Origin: an uncultured delta proteobacterium
GTDB lineage: Bacteria > Desulfobacterota > Binatia > UBA9968
Assembly: GCA_963737905.1 (NCBI GenBank)
Contig: CAVTUQ010000012.1
Coordinates: forward strand, 32,001-96,000
DNA: 64,000 bases
Reading direction: 5' to 3'
In this document: positions 31,566-41,872 of the stretch, piece by piece
Layout of the letters: every line of letters starts with the position of its first letter
How positions within the stretch are numbered: the stretch's first letter is position 1
Program-made: the position numbers and the translations under genes
Notes under the pieces: generated by a model
Database searches by the model: none
What the model was told of the DNA's origin: nothing
What the model saw: the letters and a program-made list of their open reading frames with translations, nothing else

Positions 31566-33422
31566 CTAACTCCGCGGGCGCAGGGTTGCTTTCAAGGTCA
31601 GCGGCTGACTATTTCTGAGAACGGTGATCTCCACCGAATCGCCGGGCTTTTTACTGCGTAGCGCTGCCAGTAGATCCTCCAAATTTTGAATCTTCATCTC
31701 GGCCAGTTTGATGATCACGTCGCCCTCCCGAAGTCCGGCGAAGGCAGCGGGGCTTCCTTCGGAAACTCCGGCCAGCCGAACGCCGTCGTCGTTTGCTCCG
31801 AAATCCGGAATGCTCCCCAGGTAACTGCCATAACCTTGCCCTTCCGTGTTCCCGTCGCCAGGGGGGCGTGACGGGAGGCTGACGAAATTCATCGGCTCTT
31901 TGAGGTTGGCTATTCTCTGAGCTACGCCCAAAACCAGTTCGGTTACCGTGGCCATCCCTTGGATATTCAATTTCTCCCACGTATCGCTGGGCCGGTGATA
32001 GTCGGGGTGGGTGCCGGTAAAAAAATGGAGCGCGGGGATCTTCTTATTATAAAAAGACATCTGATCGCTGCGCCCAATATTATCGGACTCGATGACCTGA
32101 AGTCCGAGGCGCTGAGCTTCTTCAAGCACAATGGTGCTGAGCTCTTTCGCTGAACGAGTGCCAAAGACCGTTAACCGGTTGTCACGCAAGCGCCCGACCA
32201 TGTCGAGGTTAAGCATTGCCTTGGTGGACGAAAGCGATAGGGGCGGATAATTGACGTACTGTCTGGATCCGTAGAGTCCTAACTCTTCGCCGCTAAACGC
32301 AGCGAAAACGATGGTCCTTGCCGGTTTAGGTTGCGAGCGGCTCAGCTGCTCTGCCAACTGCAATAAGACCGCTGTCCCCGACGCGTTGTCGTCCGCCCCG
32401 TGGTGGATCTGGCCCTCCGTGCTGGAGTCTCGCGTGCCGTAGTGGCCGAGTCCCACGTGATCGTAGTGGGCGCCGATCACGATATTTTGGTCTTTCAATG
32501 CCGGGTCCGAGCCCGGCAGAACGCCGACGACGTTCTCGGTTCGCTGCCGAATTTCCTCCAAACTCACTTGCAAGCTGACGCGAGCGGCTGGCAGATATTG
32601 CGACGCTGGTCTTTCCTCCCGGTCAATTTTTTCTTTCAGTGGCTTGAGGGAGACAGCCTGTGCATCGAGCCATTTTTCAATGACGGCGCGCTTTACTTGC
32701 GCTGCGATTGGGCTATTACCGCTTCGCCACAGGCTGCTCCTCGTCGATAGGAGCTCTTTTTGTTCGTCTCCAGAGTGATTGAGATCTACCAGGATCATGC
32801 CCAGGGCGCCGTGGTTACGAGCATTGTCCGCCTTGGCGCGTAGCGTAGCGTGATTTGAATAGCGGGGGGCTTTTTGAAAAGGGCTTTTCTCGTCCTTTGG
32901 CGGTGGCTCGTAGCGCAGGAGGATCACGATCTTGCCTTTGGCATCGATTCCCGCATAGTCGTCGTAGCCATATTCTTTGGCGGTAATGCCATAGCCTGCG
33001 AAGACAACGTCAGCTTCGACCTTGCCCGACCCGGAAAAACCCAGCGGGGTCCAGTCTTCGTTCAATCTTAAGAGCGGTTCCTCTCCAAGCGCCATCATTG
33101 TTGGCTGCTTCACGGCCACTCCGGTGGCTACATCGAAACCTTGCAAGTAGCTCCCGTCGTCCCCTCCGGGACGCAGCCCATACTTGGCGAACTCTCGAGC
33201 GACGTAGTCTCTGGCGAGTCTGATGCCTGGGGTATCGACACCGCGTCCAGTAAGCTCTTCCGAGGCCAGGTATCGTACGTGATCTCTGAGCACGTCGATA
33301 CGAGGCTTTGATAATGAAGGGATTTCAAAGGTCCAAGCAGAGAAGGCAACGAGGACCGCAAAGGCAAGTATACTAGCAGCTGCTCGGGCGCGTGTGAAAT
33401 CGCGAAGCAATGAGTTCGGCAT
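31566..33422 (-). CDS. M28 peptidase with PA and PDZ domains
   Basis: GAHYDH, GADDNASG, SGEELGL, NLDMVGR; C-terminal YLGSIPD PDZ. Confidence 0.92.
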   Translation of the reverse strand: MPNSLLRDFTRARAAASILAFAVLVAFSAWTFEIPSLSKPRIDVLRDHVRYLASEELTGRGVDTPGIRLARDYVAREFAKYGLRPGGDDGSYLQGFDVATGVAVKQPTMMALGEEPLLRLNEDWTPLGFSGSGKVEADVVFAGYGITAKEYGYDDYAGIDAKGKIVILLRYEPPPKDEKSPFQKAPRYSNHATLRAKADNARNHGALGMILVDLNHSGDEQKELLSTRSSLWRSGNSPIAAQVKRAVIEKWLDAQAVSLKPLKEKIDREERPASQYLPAARVSLQVSLEEIRQRTENVVGVLPGSDPALKDQNIVIGAHYDHVGLGHYGTRDSSTEGQIHHGADDNASGTAVLLQLAEQLSRSQPKPARTIVFAAFSGEELGLYGSRQYVNYPPLSLSSTKAMLNLDMVGRLRDNRLTVFGTRSAKELSTIVLEEAQRLGLQVIESDNIGRSDQMSFYNKKIPALHFFTGTHPDYHRPSDTWEKLNIQGMATVTELVLGVAQRIANLKEPMNFVSLPSRPPGDGNTEGQGYGSYLGSIPDFGANDDGVRLAGVSEGSPAAFAGLREGDVIIKLAEMKIQNLEDLLAALRSKKPGDSVEITVLRNSQPLTLKATLRPRS

Positions 33423-33577
33423 GATGGTTCTTCGGCCGGACGCCGTCGAGGATGAACCTTAGATTAACAGACGAACTAGAATATTGGAAGGAGGTTTCCA
33501 CGGCTAGGAAAAGTTCGCTATTGTATCGAGACATGTTAATATTGGAGCGCAATTCCAGCTCGGAGGTAAAGTATAGC

Positions 33578-33811
33578 ATGGCGAAAATCGTGATCGTTTA
33601 TAGTCAGCCCGGGTGAGGCCCGTGTGACAAGGAGAAAGAGTTTCTTTCTCAAAAGGGAATCGATTTTATTCACAAGAATGTCCGCGCCGACCCGGCGGCA
33701 CTGAAAGAATTGCTGGCGATGGGTTACCAAAGTACGCCCGTGACTATCATCGACGGCGAGGCGGTTGTTGGATTCGATCGGCAGAAAATCGACGAGCTAT
33801 TGGGTCTATAG
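33578..33811 (+). CDS. Selenocysteine-containing glutaredoxin/NrdH-like protein (UxxC)
   Basis: MAKIVIVYSQPG-U-GPCDKEKEFLSQKGI...YQSTPVTIIDGEAVVGFD...LGL*; in-frame TGA 33614-33616 at the redox Cys position; RBS ggaggt; SECIS hairpin. Confidence 0.9.
33617..33657 (+). promoter_or_regulatory. Bacterial SECIS hairpin
   Basis: gagaaaga-GTT-tctttctc (33632-33650), perfect 8-bp stem; loop G at +24 from the UGA. Confidence 0.75.
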
Positions 33812-33863
33812 AAACCGGAAGCCAACGGCACGGTTGCTATCTTTGTTTGTATCAATCTTGCTT

Positions 33864-34547
33864 CTAGCTTGACGAGCCGAGCATTTTTCCGCTGACTCCT
33901 TTTGACTCGTCGGAAGCGAGGTAGACAAAAATCTCCGTCACCGATTCGGGTTTGCTGCCGCTGTAGCCGGTGAGTTTGGTAGCGACATAGCCGGGTTCAA
34001 CCGTGTTGGCCCGGATGTTGTAGGACCTCACCTCAGCGGCCAGTGTTTGGGTGAAGCCCTCCAGGCCCCACTTGGAAGTCGCGTACGCGATGAAGTTGGC
34101 ATAGGCGCTGCGACCGATCGACGAGGAGACGTTGATGATCGAGCCGCTTTTTTGCTTGATCATCTGGGGCAGCACGGCTTGGGTTACCAAGAAAGGCCCG
34201 CGCAAGTTGACGGCCATCGTGTAGTCCCACTTTTTCACCTCGAGTTCGGTTATCGGCACAGGACGGGTCATGACGCCGGCGTTGTTGACCAGCACATCGA
34301 TTTGGCCAAACGCTCTTTGGACCCTGGACACCAGCTCCTTGACCGGCTCTTCTAAAGAAACGTCGCAAGGCCATCCCTCGCATCCCGCCCCCAGTCCGCG
34401 GATCTCCCGAACGGTCTGATCGATCTCAGAGGCTGTTCGCGCGCAAAGCGCCAGCCTGGCCCCTTCCCGCGCGTAGGCTATAGCGACGGCTCTACCGATG
34501 CCTCGCCCTCCTCCGGTAATGAGAGCCACTTTGTTTTTCAGTTTCAT
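33864..34547 (-). CDS. SDR oxidoreductase
   Basis: TGGGRGIG, NNAG, YATSK. Confidence 0.93.
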   Translation of the reverse strand: MKLKNKVALITGGGRGIGRAVAIAYAREGARLALCARTASEIDQTVREIRGLGAGCEGWPCDVSLEEPVKELVSRVQRAFGQIDVLVNNAGVMTRPVPITELEVKKWDYTMAVNLRGPFLVTQAVLPQMIKQKSGSIINVSSSIGRSAYANFIAYATSKWGLEGFTQTLAAEVRSYNIRANTVEPGYVATKLTGYSGSKPESVTEIFVYLASDESKGVSGKMLGSSS

Positions 34548-34671
34548 TCCGTCTTCCTCGTTCGGTGTTTTAGATTGTTACATAGTTTTCCCGGTTTGAC
34601 CAAATGTTCCGGATTACAAGGGATTGCTCAGGCGGTCCAAAAGTAATAGAAGCGGAGCAGGAGAAAAATTT

Positions 34672-35547
34672 ATGGACATGCTGAACGTAACCGGCTATCA
34701 GCGCCGGCCACCCCTTCTTGTGGCAGAAGAGAAGGGATTTTTCGCGAAGGAAGGACTGGAAGTAAACTTTCATCAAACCACTTACGCGCCCGATCACAAC
34801 CGCGGCATGGCCGAGGGGCGGTGGGATATGACCCTCAGCAGCGCGGATACGATGATAGCGCGTACCACCACAGACGGCGTCGATTACCTTCTGTTCATGC
34901 AGGCAGAGGAGGGGTTGAGCGCCTACTTGATCGGGCAGGCTGGAGTGGGCTCCATCGAGCAATTGCGTGGAAAGCTTTTAGCAGGGGATCCGGGAGATTC
35001 CAATCTCGATCTTATCCGCAAAAAAATTCTGCGAAATCACGGCATGGACGATACCGAATACGACATTGATATCATCGGCAGCTCGCCCAAACGCCTGGAA
35101 GCTTTTCTCCAGGGGCGCGTGGCCGCGGCGATGTTGACCCCACCGGCATCCGATAAGGCCATGGCTGCCGGTGGAGTTCTGCTGGCCAATTCGGAGGAGT
35201 ATGTGCCGAACTGGCCGCTCACCTGCGGATGGACGCTGCGGCGCTGGCTCGTTTCCCATCGCGAGCTCGCTGTCAGATTCATTCGCTCCTGGGTTGAGGC
35301 GACGGATTGGTTACTGAAGGCAGAAAATCGTGGGCCGACCTTGCAACTGATAATGGAAAAGGAAAACCTCAATCGGGCATCGGCAGAAGAGGCTTATCGA
35401 AAAGTCGTCCCCAAGGCGCGCATCAATCCCGCGGCCTTGCAGACGGTGATCGAGTTGAGAAAAGAAATGGGGGTCTACAAACCGCCCTATGATCCGCCGC
35501 AGCGGTTTTACGATGCCAGTTACTGGAGCGAGGCAACGGGGCTCTAG
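34672..35547 (+). CDS. SsuA/THI5/NMT1-like binding protein with no signal peptide
   Basis: VAEEKGFFAKEGLEV, LRGKLLA, GRVAAAML. Confidence 0.75.
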   Translation: MDMLNVTGYQRRPPLLVAEEKGFFAKEGLEVNFHQTTYAPDHNRGMAEGRWDMTLSSADTMIARTTTDGVDYLLFMQAEEGLSAYLIGQAGVGSIEQLRGKLLAGDPGDSNLDLIRKKILRNHGMDDTEYDIDIIGSSPKRLEAFLQGRVAAAMLTPPASDKAMAAGGVLLANSEEYVPNWPLTCGWTLRRWLVSHRELAVRFIRSWVEATDWLLKAENRGPTLQLIMEKENLNRASAEEAYRKVVPKARINPAALQTVIELRKEMGVYKPPYDPPQRFYDASYWSEATGL

Positions 35548-35556
35548 ATGCCGGGG

Positions 35557-35631
35557 TTCAAGGTTCAATGTTCCAGGTTCAACGTTTTTAATTCGTTTCG
35601 GGCCTTGAACTTTGAACCTTGAACTCTTGAA
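35557..35631. repeat. Periodic heptamer palindrome between convergent genes
   Basis: ttcaaggttcaatgttccaggttcaa ... ttgaactttgaaccttgaactcttgaac; related arms at 43306-43335, 58965-59000 and 60858-60882. Confidence 0.7.
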
Positions 35632-35649
35632 CCGCGTCTGCGGAGCCCG

Positions 35650-35988
35650 CTAGGCGATGAGCGAGCGTAGGATCATACTCACAAGGCTCAGCACGATTGC
35701 GCCAAAGAAGGCGGACCAAAAGCCGGAAACATAAAAGCCCGGAACAAGAACCGAGGCCAACTGCAGCATGAGGGCGTTGATCACAAACCAGAACAGCCCC
35801 AGGGTCAATAGCGTCAGGGGAAAGGTAATGAGTTTAAGTACTAACCCGATGGTGGCGTTGATCAGACCAATGACGATGGGCGCAATGAGTGCCGTACCCA
35901 ATCCACGCACCTCGATGCCAGGGAAGATATAGGCAACGATCAGTAGACTGGCGGTACTTATCAACCAATGGAGCAGCAGGCCGCCCAT
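35650..35988 (-). CDS. YvlD/phage holin family 4 membrane protein
   Basis: GLINATI...LITFPLTLLTLGLF.FVINA; GFWSAFFGA. Confidence 0.88.
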   Translation of the reverse strand: MGGLLLHWLISTASLLIVAYIFPGIEVRGLGTALIAPIVIGLINATIGLVLKLITFPLTLLTLGLFWFVINALMLQLASVLVPGFYVSGFWSAFFGAIVLSLVSMILRSLIA

Positions 35989-36111
35989 AATCGTTTCTCA
36001 TAACAAACTACCCGCCGATGCACAATCAAAAAGGCTTGGAAACGCTTGCGACGCGTCGCTCGGAATGGAAAAATAAGGGCGTCCTACTTCTTAAAAGGAG
36101 GAATCGAAATC

Positions 36112-37131
36112 ATGTCCAAACAAGAACTTGAAACCGTTGCTCAGTCGATGGTGGCAAAGGGAAAAGGAATTCTCGCGGCCGACGAGAGCATGGGCACCAT
36201 CAAAAGACGCTTCGATAGCATCAAAATCGAATCCAACGACCACAATCGCCGGGCCTACCGCGATTTGCTTTTTACGGCAAAGGGCATCGACGAGGCCATC
36301 AGCGGCGTGATTCTTTTCGACGAAACCATCCGAACCGCGGCCCTGGACGGAACGCCGTTTCCCCAGCTTCTCTCACGGAAAGGCATTATGCCCGGTATCA
36401 AAGTCGACAAAGGGCCGGTGGACATTCCGGGCTTTCCCGGCGAAGTCGTTACCGAAGGACTCGACGGGCTTCGGGCACGGGTTAAGGAGTATAAAGAACT
36501 GGGTGCCAAGTTTGCCAAATGGCGCGCGGTCATCACCATCGGCGACGGCATTCCGACACATACGTGCCTCAAAGCCAATGCTCATGCTCTGGCGCGGTAC
36601 GCAGCGCTTTGCCAGGAGGGCGGCATAGTGCCCATCGTCGAACCCGAAGTATTGCTGGATGGTTCTCACACCATCGAACGCTGTGAAGAGGTCACCGAAG
36701 CAACTTTAAAAGTTACGTTTGCAGAACTTTTCGAGCAGCGCATTCATCTCGAGGGTATGATTCTTAAGCCCAGCATGGTGGTGTCGGGAAAGGATAATCC
36801 CAGACAGGCGGGAGTCGAAGAAGTCGCCGACCGCACTATCCAGTGCTTGAAGCGGACGGTTCCCGCAGCGGTGCCAGGGATTGCGTTTCTGTCGGGAGGA
36901 CAGAGTGCAGAAAGCGCGACCGAGCATCTCAATGCGATGAACGCGATGGGACCCCATCCGTGGCAAGTGAGCTTCTCCTACGCGCGTGCCTTACAGGATC
37001 CGGCATTGAAAGCGTGGAAAGGCGATCCGGCCAATGTCTCGGCAGCTCAGAAAATTTTCTATCACCGCGCGAAATGCAATAGCGCCGCCCGCAGCGGTTC
37101 GTATAACAAGCAGATGGAAGCCGCGGCCTAG
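36112..37131 (+). CDS. Fructose-bisphosphate aldolase class I
   Basis: GILAADES, GIKVDKG, FAKWR, PIVEPE, LKPSMV, FSYARALQ. Confidence 0.96.
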   Translation: MSKQELETVAQSMVAKGKGILAADESMGTIKRRFDSIKIESNDHNRRAYRDLLFTAKGIDEAISGVILFDETIRTAALDGTPFPQLLSRKGIMPGIKVDKGPVDIPGFPGEVVTEGLDGLRARVKEYKELGAKFAKWRAVITIGDGIPTHTCLKANAHALARYAALCQEGGIVPIVEPEVLLDGSHTIERCEEVTEATLKVTFAELFEQRIHLEGMILKPSMVVSGKDNPRQAGVEEVADRTIQCLKRTVPAAVPGIAFLSGGQSAESATEHLNAMNAMGPHPWQVSFSYARALQDPALKAWKGDPANVSAAQKIFYHRAKCNSAARSGSYNKQMEAAA

Positions 37132-37161
37132 CTAAGCTAGGCGGACCTAAGAAAAGGTTCA

Positions 37162-37551
37162 TTGGTCAAACACAGCGGCGGATGTCATTGCGGCCGGGTC
37201 CGGTTCGAGGTTGAAGCCGAGGCTGAGATAGAAGCCGTCGAATGCAACTGCTCGATCTGCACCAAGAGCGGTTTTCTTCATCTGATCGTGCCAAGATCGC
37301 GATTCACTCTCGTTCAGGGTTCGGAGTCGCTTTCAACCTACACATTCAACACCGGCGTCGCGAAGCATCTGTTTTGCAAAATGTGCGGGATCAAATCCTT
37401 CTATATTCCTCGATCTCATCCCGACGGTTACAGTGTCAATGTGCGCTGCCTGGAGCCGGCGACAATCAGAAAAATTACAGTCATACCCTTTGACGGCAAG
37501 AATTGGGAGGAGCATGCGGTCGAGCTTGGCCCTCTGCCCACCAAGAGCTGA
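37162..37551 (+). CDS. GFA/CENP-V family protein
   Basis: GGCHCG, CNCSIC, FCKMCG. Confidence 0.92.
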   Translation: MVKHSGGCHCGRVRFEVEAEAEIEAVECNCSICTKSGFLHLIVPRSRFTLVQGSESLSTYTFNTGVAKHLFCKMCGIKSFYIPRSHPDGYSVNVRCLEPATIRKITVIPFDGKNWEEHAVELGPLPTKS

Positions 37552-37622
37552 GTGAAAATTTGGGAACTTGAATCGTTTATGTATTAAGCTGCGGATTGTT
37601 CTATAAAGCGGGAGCGAACACC

Positions 37623-37832
37623 ATGGACATCGAAGGTGCGGGTTTTATCATCGGCTTGATCGGCGCGATCTGGATGAAGTGCTCGATGAACTCGATTAGA
37701 GGATACCAAGAACAGCCGGAACTGAAAATGATCGGTCGCGAAGCGGAAAACCCTGCGCTTAGGGCGTTTATACGAGGTCTCTCATTGGTGCTCGCCGGGC
37801 TTGGGATCGAGACCTATGCCCGCCTCTTTTGA
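37623..37832 (+). CDS. Small two-TM hypothetical protein
   Basis: RBS ggag; two hydrophobic segments. Confidence 0.5.
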   Translation: MDIEGAGFIIGLIGAIWMKCSMNSIRGYQEQPELKMIGREAENPALRAFIRGLSLVLAGLGIETYARLF

Positions 37833-37952
37833 ATTGGCTAAAGTCGTCATCGCTCGCTCCAGTCGGTCTCTTTGTTGACACTATGTCCGGTTATTTCGTA
37901 TGTTGCGCGAAACGGTAGCCATGCAAGCGGATGAAGCAGGACTCGGAGATTG

Positions 37953-38039
37953 CACCGCGGAGGACGCGGAGGACGCGGAGGTAAAGAGTTCGTGATTAAA
38001 AAATTCTCCGATCTCTGCGAACTCTGTGCCTCTGCGGTG
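37953..38039. repeat. Periodic 9-mer palindrome
   Basis: caccgcggaggacgcggaggacgcggag ... ctctgcgaactctgtgcctctgcggtg. Confidence 0.7.
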
Positions 38040-38090
38040 AATAGTTCTTCACAGAAACCCGGAACAACCTAAAATTGAGGAGGATCAAAA

Positions 38091-39788
38091 ATGGACTATG
38101 ATCTGTTAGTGCGCCGTGGTCGTGTTGTCGATGGCTCCGGGCTGCCATCCTTTATAGCCGATGTGGGAGTCAAGGATGGCAAGATCACCGGAGTCGGAAA
38201 ACTCAAGGGAACGGCCGCTCGCACTATTGACGCTGATGGGTTGGCGGTCTCTCCGGGATTTATCGATCACCACACCCACTTGGACGCCCAGATGCTTTGG
38301 GATCCGTACGGCACTTGCGAGCCGCAGCACGGCATAACCACAGTCGTCATGGGCAATTGCGGGTTGACTCTGGCACCGGTGAAAAACGGCGATGAAGACG
38401 CGCTGGTCAAGAGCTTCGTACGCGTCGAAGCGATCCCCCGTTTCGCCCTGGAGCAGGGAGTCAAATGGGGCTGGCACAGCTATGGCGAATATCTGGATAA
38501 TTTGGAGGGCAAAGTCGGCATTAACGTCGGCGGGCTGGTCGGCCATATCGCCGTTCGCCACAACGTGATGGGTGAAGAGGCGGTGGAGCGTAAGGCGACT
38601 GGAAAAGAAGTCCAGCAGATGCGCGGTCTCGTCCTGGAAGCCATGGAAGGGGGCGCTTTGGGAATCTCCACGAATCGCAACGAACGCCATATGCGCGAAG
38701 ACGGCAAGCCGGTGGCCAGCCGACTAGCCGACGATGAAGAGCTTTTCGCCCTCTGCGACGTGTTGGCGGAGCGCAACGGCGGAGTGATCGAGACCATCCT
38801 GGGACGCAACAAGATCGAGCATTTTGAATTCTACCGGACCCTCGCGGAGCGCACCCAGAGGCCGATTCTCTGGCAGAGCCTGCAACATCGCTGGGTCGAG
38901 CCCAATCTCTGGCGCGAGCAGCTTGCGGCCGTGGAACCGATTTTCCGCGATGGCTATCAGGCCTATGGGTTATCCCATACCGTGCCGCTGGTCCGGCACT
39001 TCGAGCTCAAGAATTGCCAGGTTTTCGACGAATTCCCGACCTGGAAGAATTTGATGTTCCTCCCGGTGGAAGTGCGCAAGCAGGCATTCGCCGATCCCGT
39101 AACCCGGCAGAAGCTGAGGGCGGACCTGGCGGACCCGCGCCCGACGAATTTCCATCGCCGCTGGGACATTGTTCGTGTGGAAAAGGTCGTGAAACCAGAG
39201 AATCAAAAATACAACGGCAAAAACATCGCTGAGTTGGCGGCGATGCGCAACCAAGATCCATTGGATGCTTTCTTGGATCTCTCGCTGGAAGAAGATCTAG
39301 GGACGGTCTTTTGGAATGCCAATAATGGCGGTGACAGCGCCGCCATGGGCGAGATTCTCCGCAGCCCCTACGTTCTCGTTGGAACTTCCGACGCGGGCGC
39401 GCACGTCCAATTTGGCGCTGATTTCGGATACGGCACGATCCTCTTGGGCCTTTGGGTGCGCGAGCGGCAAGTGATGACTTTGGAGCAAGCTATTCACAAA
39501 CTTACCTTCCACGTCGCGTCGATTTTCGGGTTACAGGATCGAGGGCTGCTGCGTCCGGGCTACGCCGCCGATCTGGCGATCTTCAATCCGAAGACCGTGA
39601 ATTCTCATGAACCTGAATGGGCCAACGACTATCCGGCGGGAAGCCAGCGGCTGGTCCAGCGTTCTGAAGGCATGCACTACACGATTGTCAACGGCACAGT
39701 GATACATGAAGATAGCCGGATGAGTGGCGAGTTGCCAGGACAAGTGCTTCGCGGTCCGCTTTATCGGGAACATAAGGCGGCGGCTTGA
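38091..39788 (+). CDS. N-acyl-D-amino-acid deacylase-like amidohydrolase
   Basis: PGFIDHHTHLD, TTVVMGNCG, SDAGAH, DRGLLRPGYAADL. Confidence 0.9.
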   Translation: MDYDLLVRRGRVVDGSGLPSFIADVGVKDGKITGVGKLKGTAARTIDADGLAVSPGFIDHHTHLDAQMLWDPYGTCEPQHGITTVVMGNCGLTLAPVKNGDEDALVKSFVRVEAIPRFALEQGVKWGWHSYGEYLDNLEGKVGINVGGLVGHIAVRHNVMGEEAVERKATGKEVQQMRGLVLEAMEGGALGISTNRNERHMREDGKPVASRLADDEELFALCDVLAERNGGVIETILGRNKIEHFEFYRTLAERTQRPILWQSLQHRWVEPNLWREQLAAVEPIFRDGYQAYGLSHTVPLVRHFELKNCQVFDEFPTWKNLMFLPVEVRKQAFADPVTRQKLRADLADPRPTNFHRRWDIVRVEKVVKPENQKYNGKNIAELAAMRNQDPLDAFLDLSLEEDLGTVFWNANNGGDSAAMGEILRSPYVLVGTSDAGAHVQFGADFGYGTILLGLWVRERQVMTLEQAIHKLTFHVASIFGLQDRGLLRPGYAADLAIFNPKTVNSHEPEWANDYPAGSQRLVQRSEGMHYTIVNGTVIHEDSRMSGELPGQVLRGPLYREHKAAA

Positions 39789-40108
39789 CGATGGGAGTGA
39801 CTTACATTCCGGTGGCTCGGGTGGGTGAGCTGGTGGCGGGTGCGATGAAGGAAGTCGATCTCGGCGGGCGCCAAGTTTTGCTGGCGTTCGTCGAGGGGAA
39901 GTATTTTGCCTTCTCGAGGCAGTGTCCCCACGAAGAGGCCGATCTCAAGACCGGTACACTTGCAGGCGGCAAGGTTCGCTGCACCAATCACAATTATTGC
40001 TTCGATCTCCGGACCGGCGAGTGTGTTTTACCCCAAGGAGGCCCGGCTTTGACCGTTTTGCCAACCGAGGAGCGGGGCGACGAGGTCTGCATCCGGCTGG
40101 AGTGGTAG
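39785..40108 (+). CDS. Rieske-type ferredoxin
   Basis: CPHE...CTNH..FDLRTG. Confidence 0.88.
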   Translation: MTMGVTYIPVARVGELVAGAMKEVDLGGRQVLLAFVEGKYFAFSRQCPHEEADLKTGTLAGGKVRCTNHNYCFDLRTGECVLPQGGPALTVLPTEERGDEVCIRLEW

Positions 40109-40436
40109 CACCCGCACAGTCACAAGATTCTCGATTCGACAGGAAGACAAGTTATAGAGTGTCTCCCCGTTGTCTTCTATTTCCTAACAGGCTCCTTTTC
40201 GCGTATCCGACGCGGACTAGGCCAGCTGACGCAGGTCTAGCCAAGATCTCCAATAAAGGGTAAATTTTAAGATCCGGCTCGGCGCGTTTGCGCTGAGTGC
40301 GGATTCTTGACACGCGCCGAACAACTCAAGTCCCTGGGAAAATTGCGTATAGTCGGGCGCGGGGGTTCGTATCGCTGCTGTGCTGACTTCATTGATATTA
40401 AACGGAATCGGCTTTCGTTGTATGACAAGGAATCTT

Positions 40437-41336
40437 ATGATCCAATCCCTACCCAGGCGAATTATCGGTCTTGTTTGTTCTTTAGTGCTGCCGGTCATAT
40501 TGTTTTTGGCCGCCGGTGTAACTCGCGCGCAAGACAAGAGCTTCCTGTGGCGAGTTCAGTTCGACAAAGGCAATATCTATATCTTGGGTTCCGTTCATTT
40601 TTTAAAGAAGGAGAACTACCCGCTGAACAAGACCATAGAAAAGGCTTTTGACAGTACCCGGAAGCTCGTGCTGGAGATCGACCTCAACAGCGAGGATGCA
40701 GGAGCGGTTCAACGCGTGACCCTCGAAAAAGGCGTTAGTCAGGACGGCAGGACATTGCAGCAGAATGTTTCTCCCGAGACTTACGGTCTCGCGGAAAAAC
40801 GGGCGCAAGAACTGGGTATCGATATCCGTGCGCTGAGCCCATTGAAGCCCTGGGTCGTAGCGTTAACCATGACCGCATTGCAACTGCGAAAGCTCGGTTT
40901 CGATCCCAATTACGGGATCGATCGTTACTTGGCCGGGCGCGCCATGAAATCCGGGAAAACAACGGTGGGACTGGAAACCGCCGCATTCCAAATTGGGCTC
41001 ATCGATCAGTTGTCCGAGAGAGACCAGGAATCGATGCTGCGCCAAAGCTTGAAAGAGATGGATCTACTGGATAAAGGACTGAACCAGATTGTTCGCGCCT
41101 GGTCCACGGGGGACGTCGCTTCGTTGGAAGCGTTGCTGCTAAGCGGCATGCGAGACTACCCGGCGGTTCATCAGACGATGATCGCGGATCGAAACCGGCG
41201 TTGGCTGCCTCAGATCGAGAAAATGATCGAGCAGGGTGACAGTACGTTAATCGCTGTGGGAGCGGCGCATCTCGTTGGCAAAGACGGCGTCATTGAATTA
41301 TTAAAGGCGCGAGGTTATACCGTGGAGCAGATGTGA
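40437..41336 (+). CDS. TraB/GumN family protein
   Basis: LWRV...ILGSVH, GLET, RNRRW, VGAAHL. Confidence 0.9.
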   Translation: MIQSLPRRIIGLVCSLVLPVILFLAAGVTRAQDKSFLWRVQFDKGNIYILGSVHFLKKENYPLNKTIEKAFDSTRKLVLEIDLNSEDAGAVQRVTLEKGVSQDGRTLQQNVSPETYGLAEKRAQELGIDIRALSPLKPWVVALTMTALQLRKLGFDPNYGIDRYLAGRAMKSGKTTVGLETAAFQIGLIDQLSERDQESMLRQSLKEMDLLDKGLNQIVRAWSTGDVASLEALLLSGMRDYPAVHQTMIADRNRRWLPQIEKMIEQGDSTLIAVGAAHLVGKDGVIELLKARGYTVEQM

Positions 41337-41356
41337 TGCAGTCCGGAAAACCCTCC

Positions 41357-41848
41357 ATGAAACAAATTCGTGTTGCCGATTGGATGACCGAAACCGTTCT
41401 CGCCGTTGAAACCTTCGATAGTATTAGCATCGCTCGCCAACTCATGGCCAAACACCGCATCAACCAGCTGCCGGTTCTCGATAACGACGTGTTGGTTGGA
41501 ATAGTGACGGACCGTGATTTGCGCGACGCCTATCCGACGAGCATGATGATCGACCGTGGCAAAGAGATCGACCAATTTGCCGATTCCGTGACCGTCGAAG
41601 AAGTGATGAGTCACGATGTATTCACCGTACGTCCGGACACGCCGCTTAAAAAAGCCGTTGGTCTTTTACGGCGCCATCGGATCGGCTCCTTGCCCGTGGT
41701 CAAGAATAAAGACCTGGTGGGAATTATCACGAGGAGCGATATCCTGGACTTCGTGTTGAGCGGGCTGAGCGTGCGGACGCCCGCAGGTAGCAACAACCAG
41801 AAAGCCAAATCGGCCGGCCCGCGCATAAAAGGCAAACCCAGGGACTAG
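41357..41848 (+). CDS. Tandem CBS domain protein (AcuB-like)
   Basis: QLPVL..GIVTDRD; IGSLPVV..GIITRSD. Confidence 0.88.
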   Translation: MKQIRVADWMTETVLAVETFDSISIARQLMAKHRINQLPVLDNDVLVGIVTDRDLRDAYPTSMMIDRGKEIDQFADSVTVEEVMSHDVFTVRPDTPLKKAVGLLRRHRIGSLPVVKNKDLVGIITRSDILDFVLSGLSVRTPAGSNNQKAKSAGPRIKGKPRD

Positions 41849-41872
41849 TTTTCAATATCTGGAAAATTAGTC

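Noticed and set aside
35650-35988. Prophage, suggested by the holin-family gene
   Set aside because: YvlD-like housekeeping context; no phage genes nearby.
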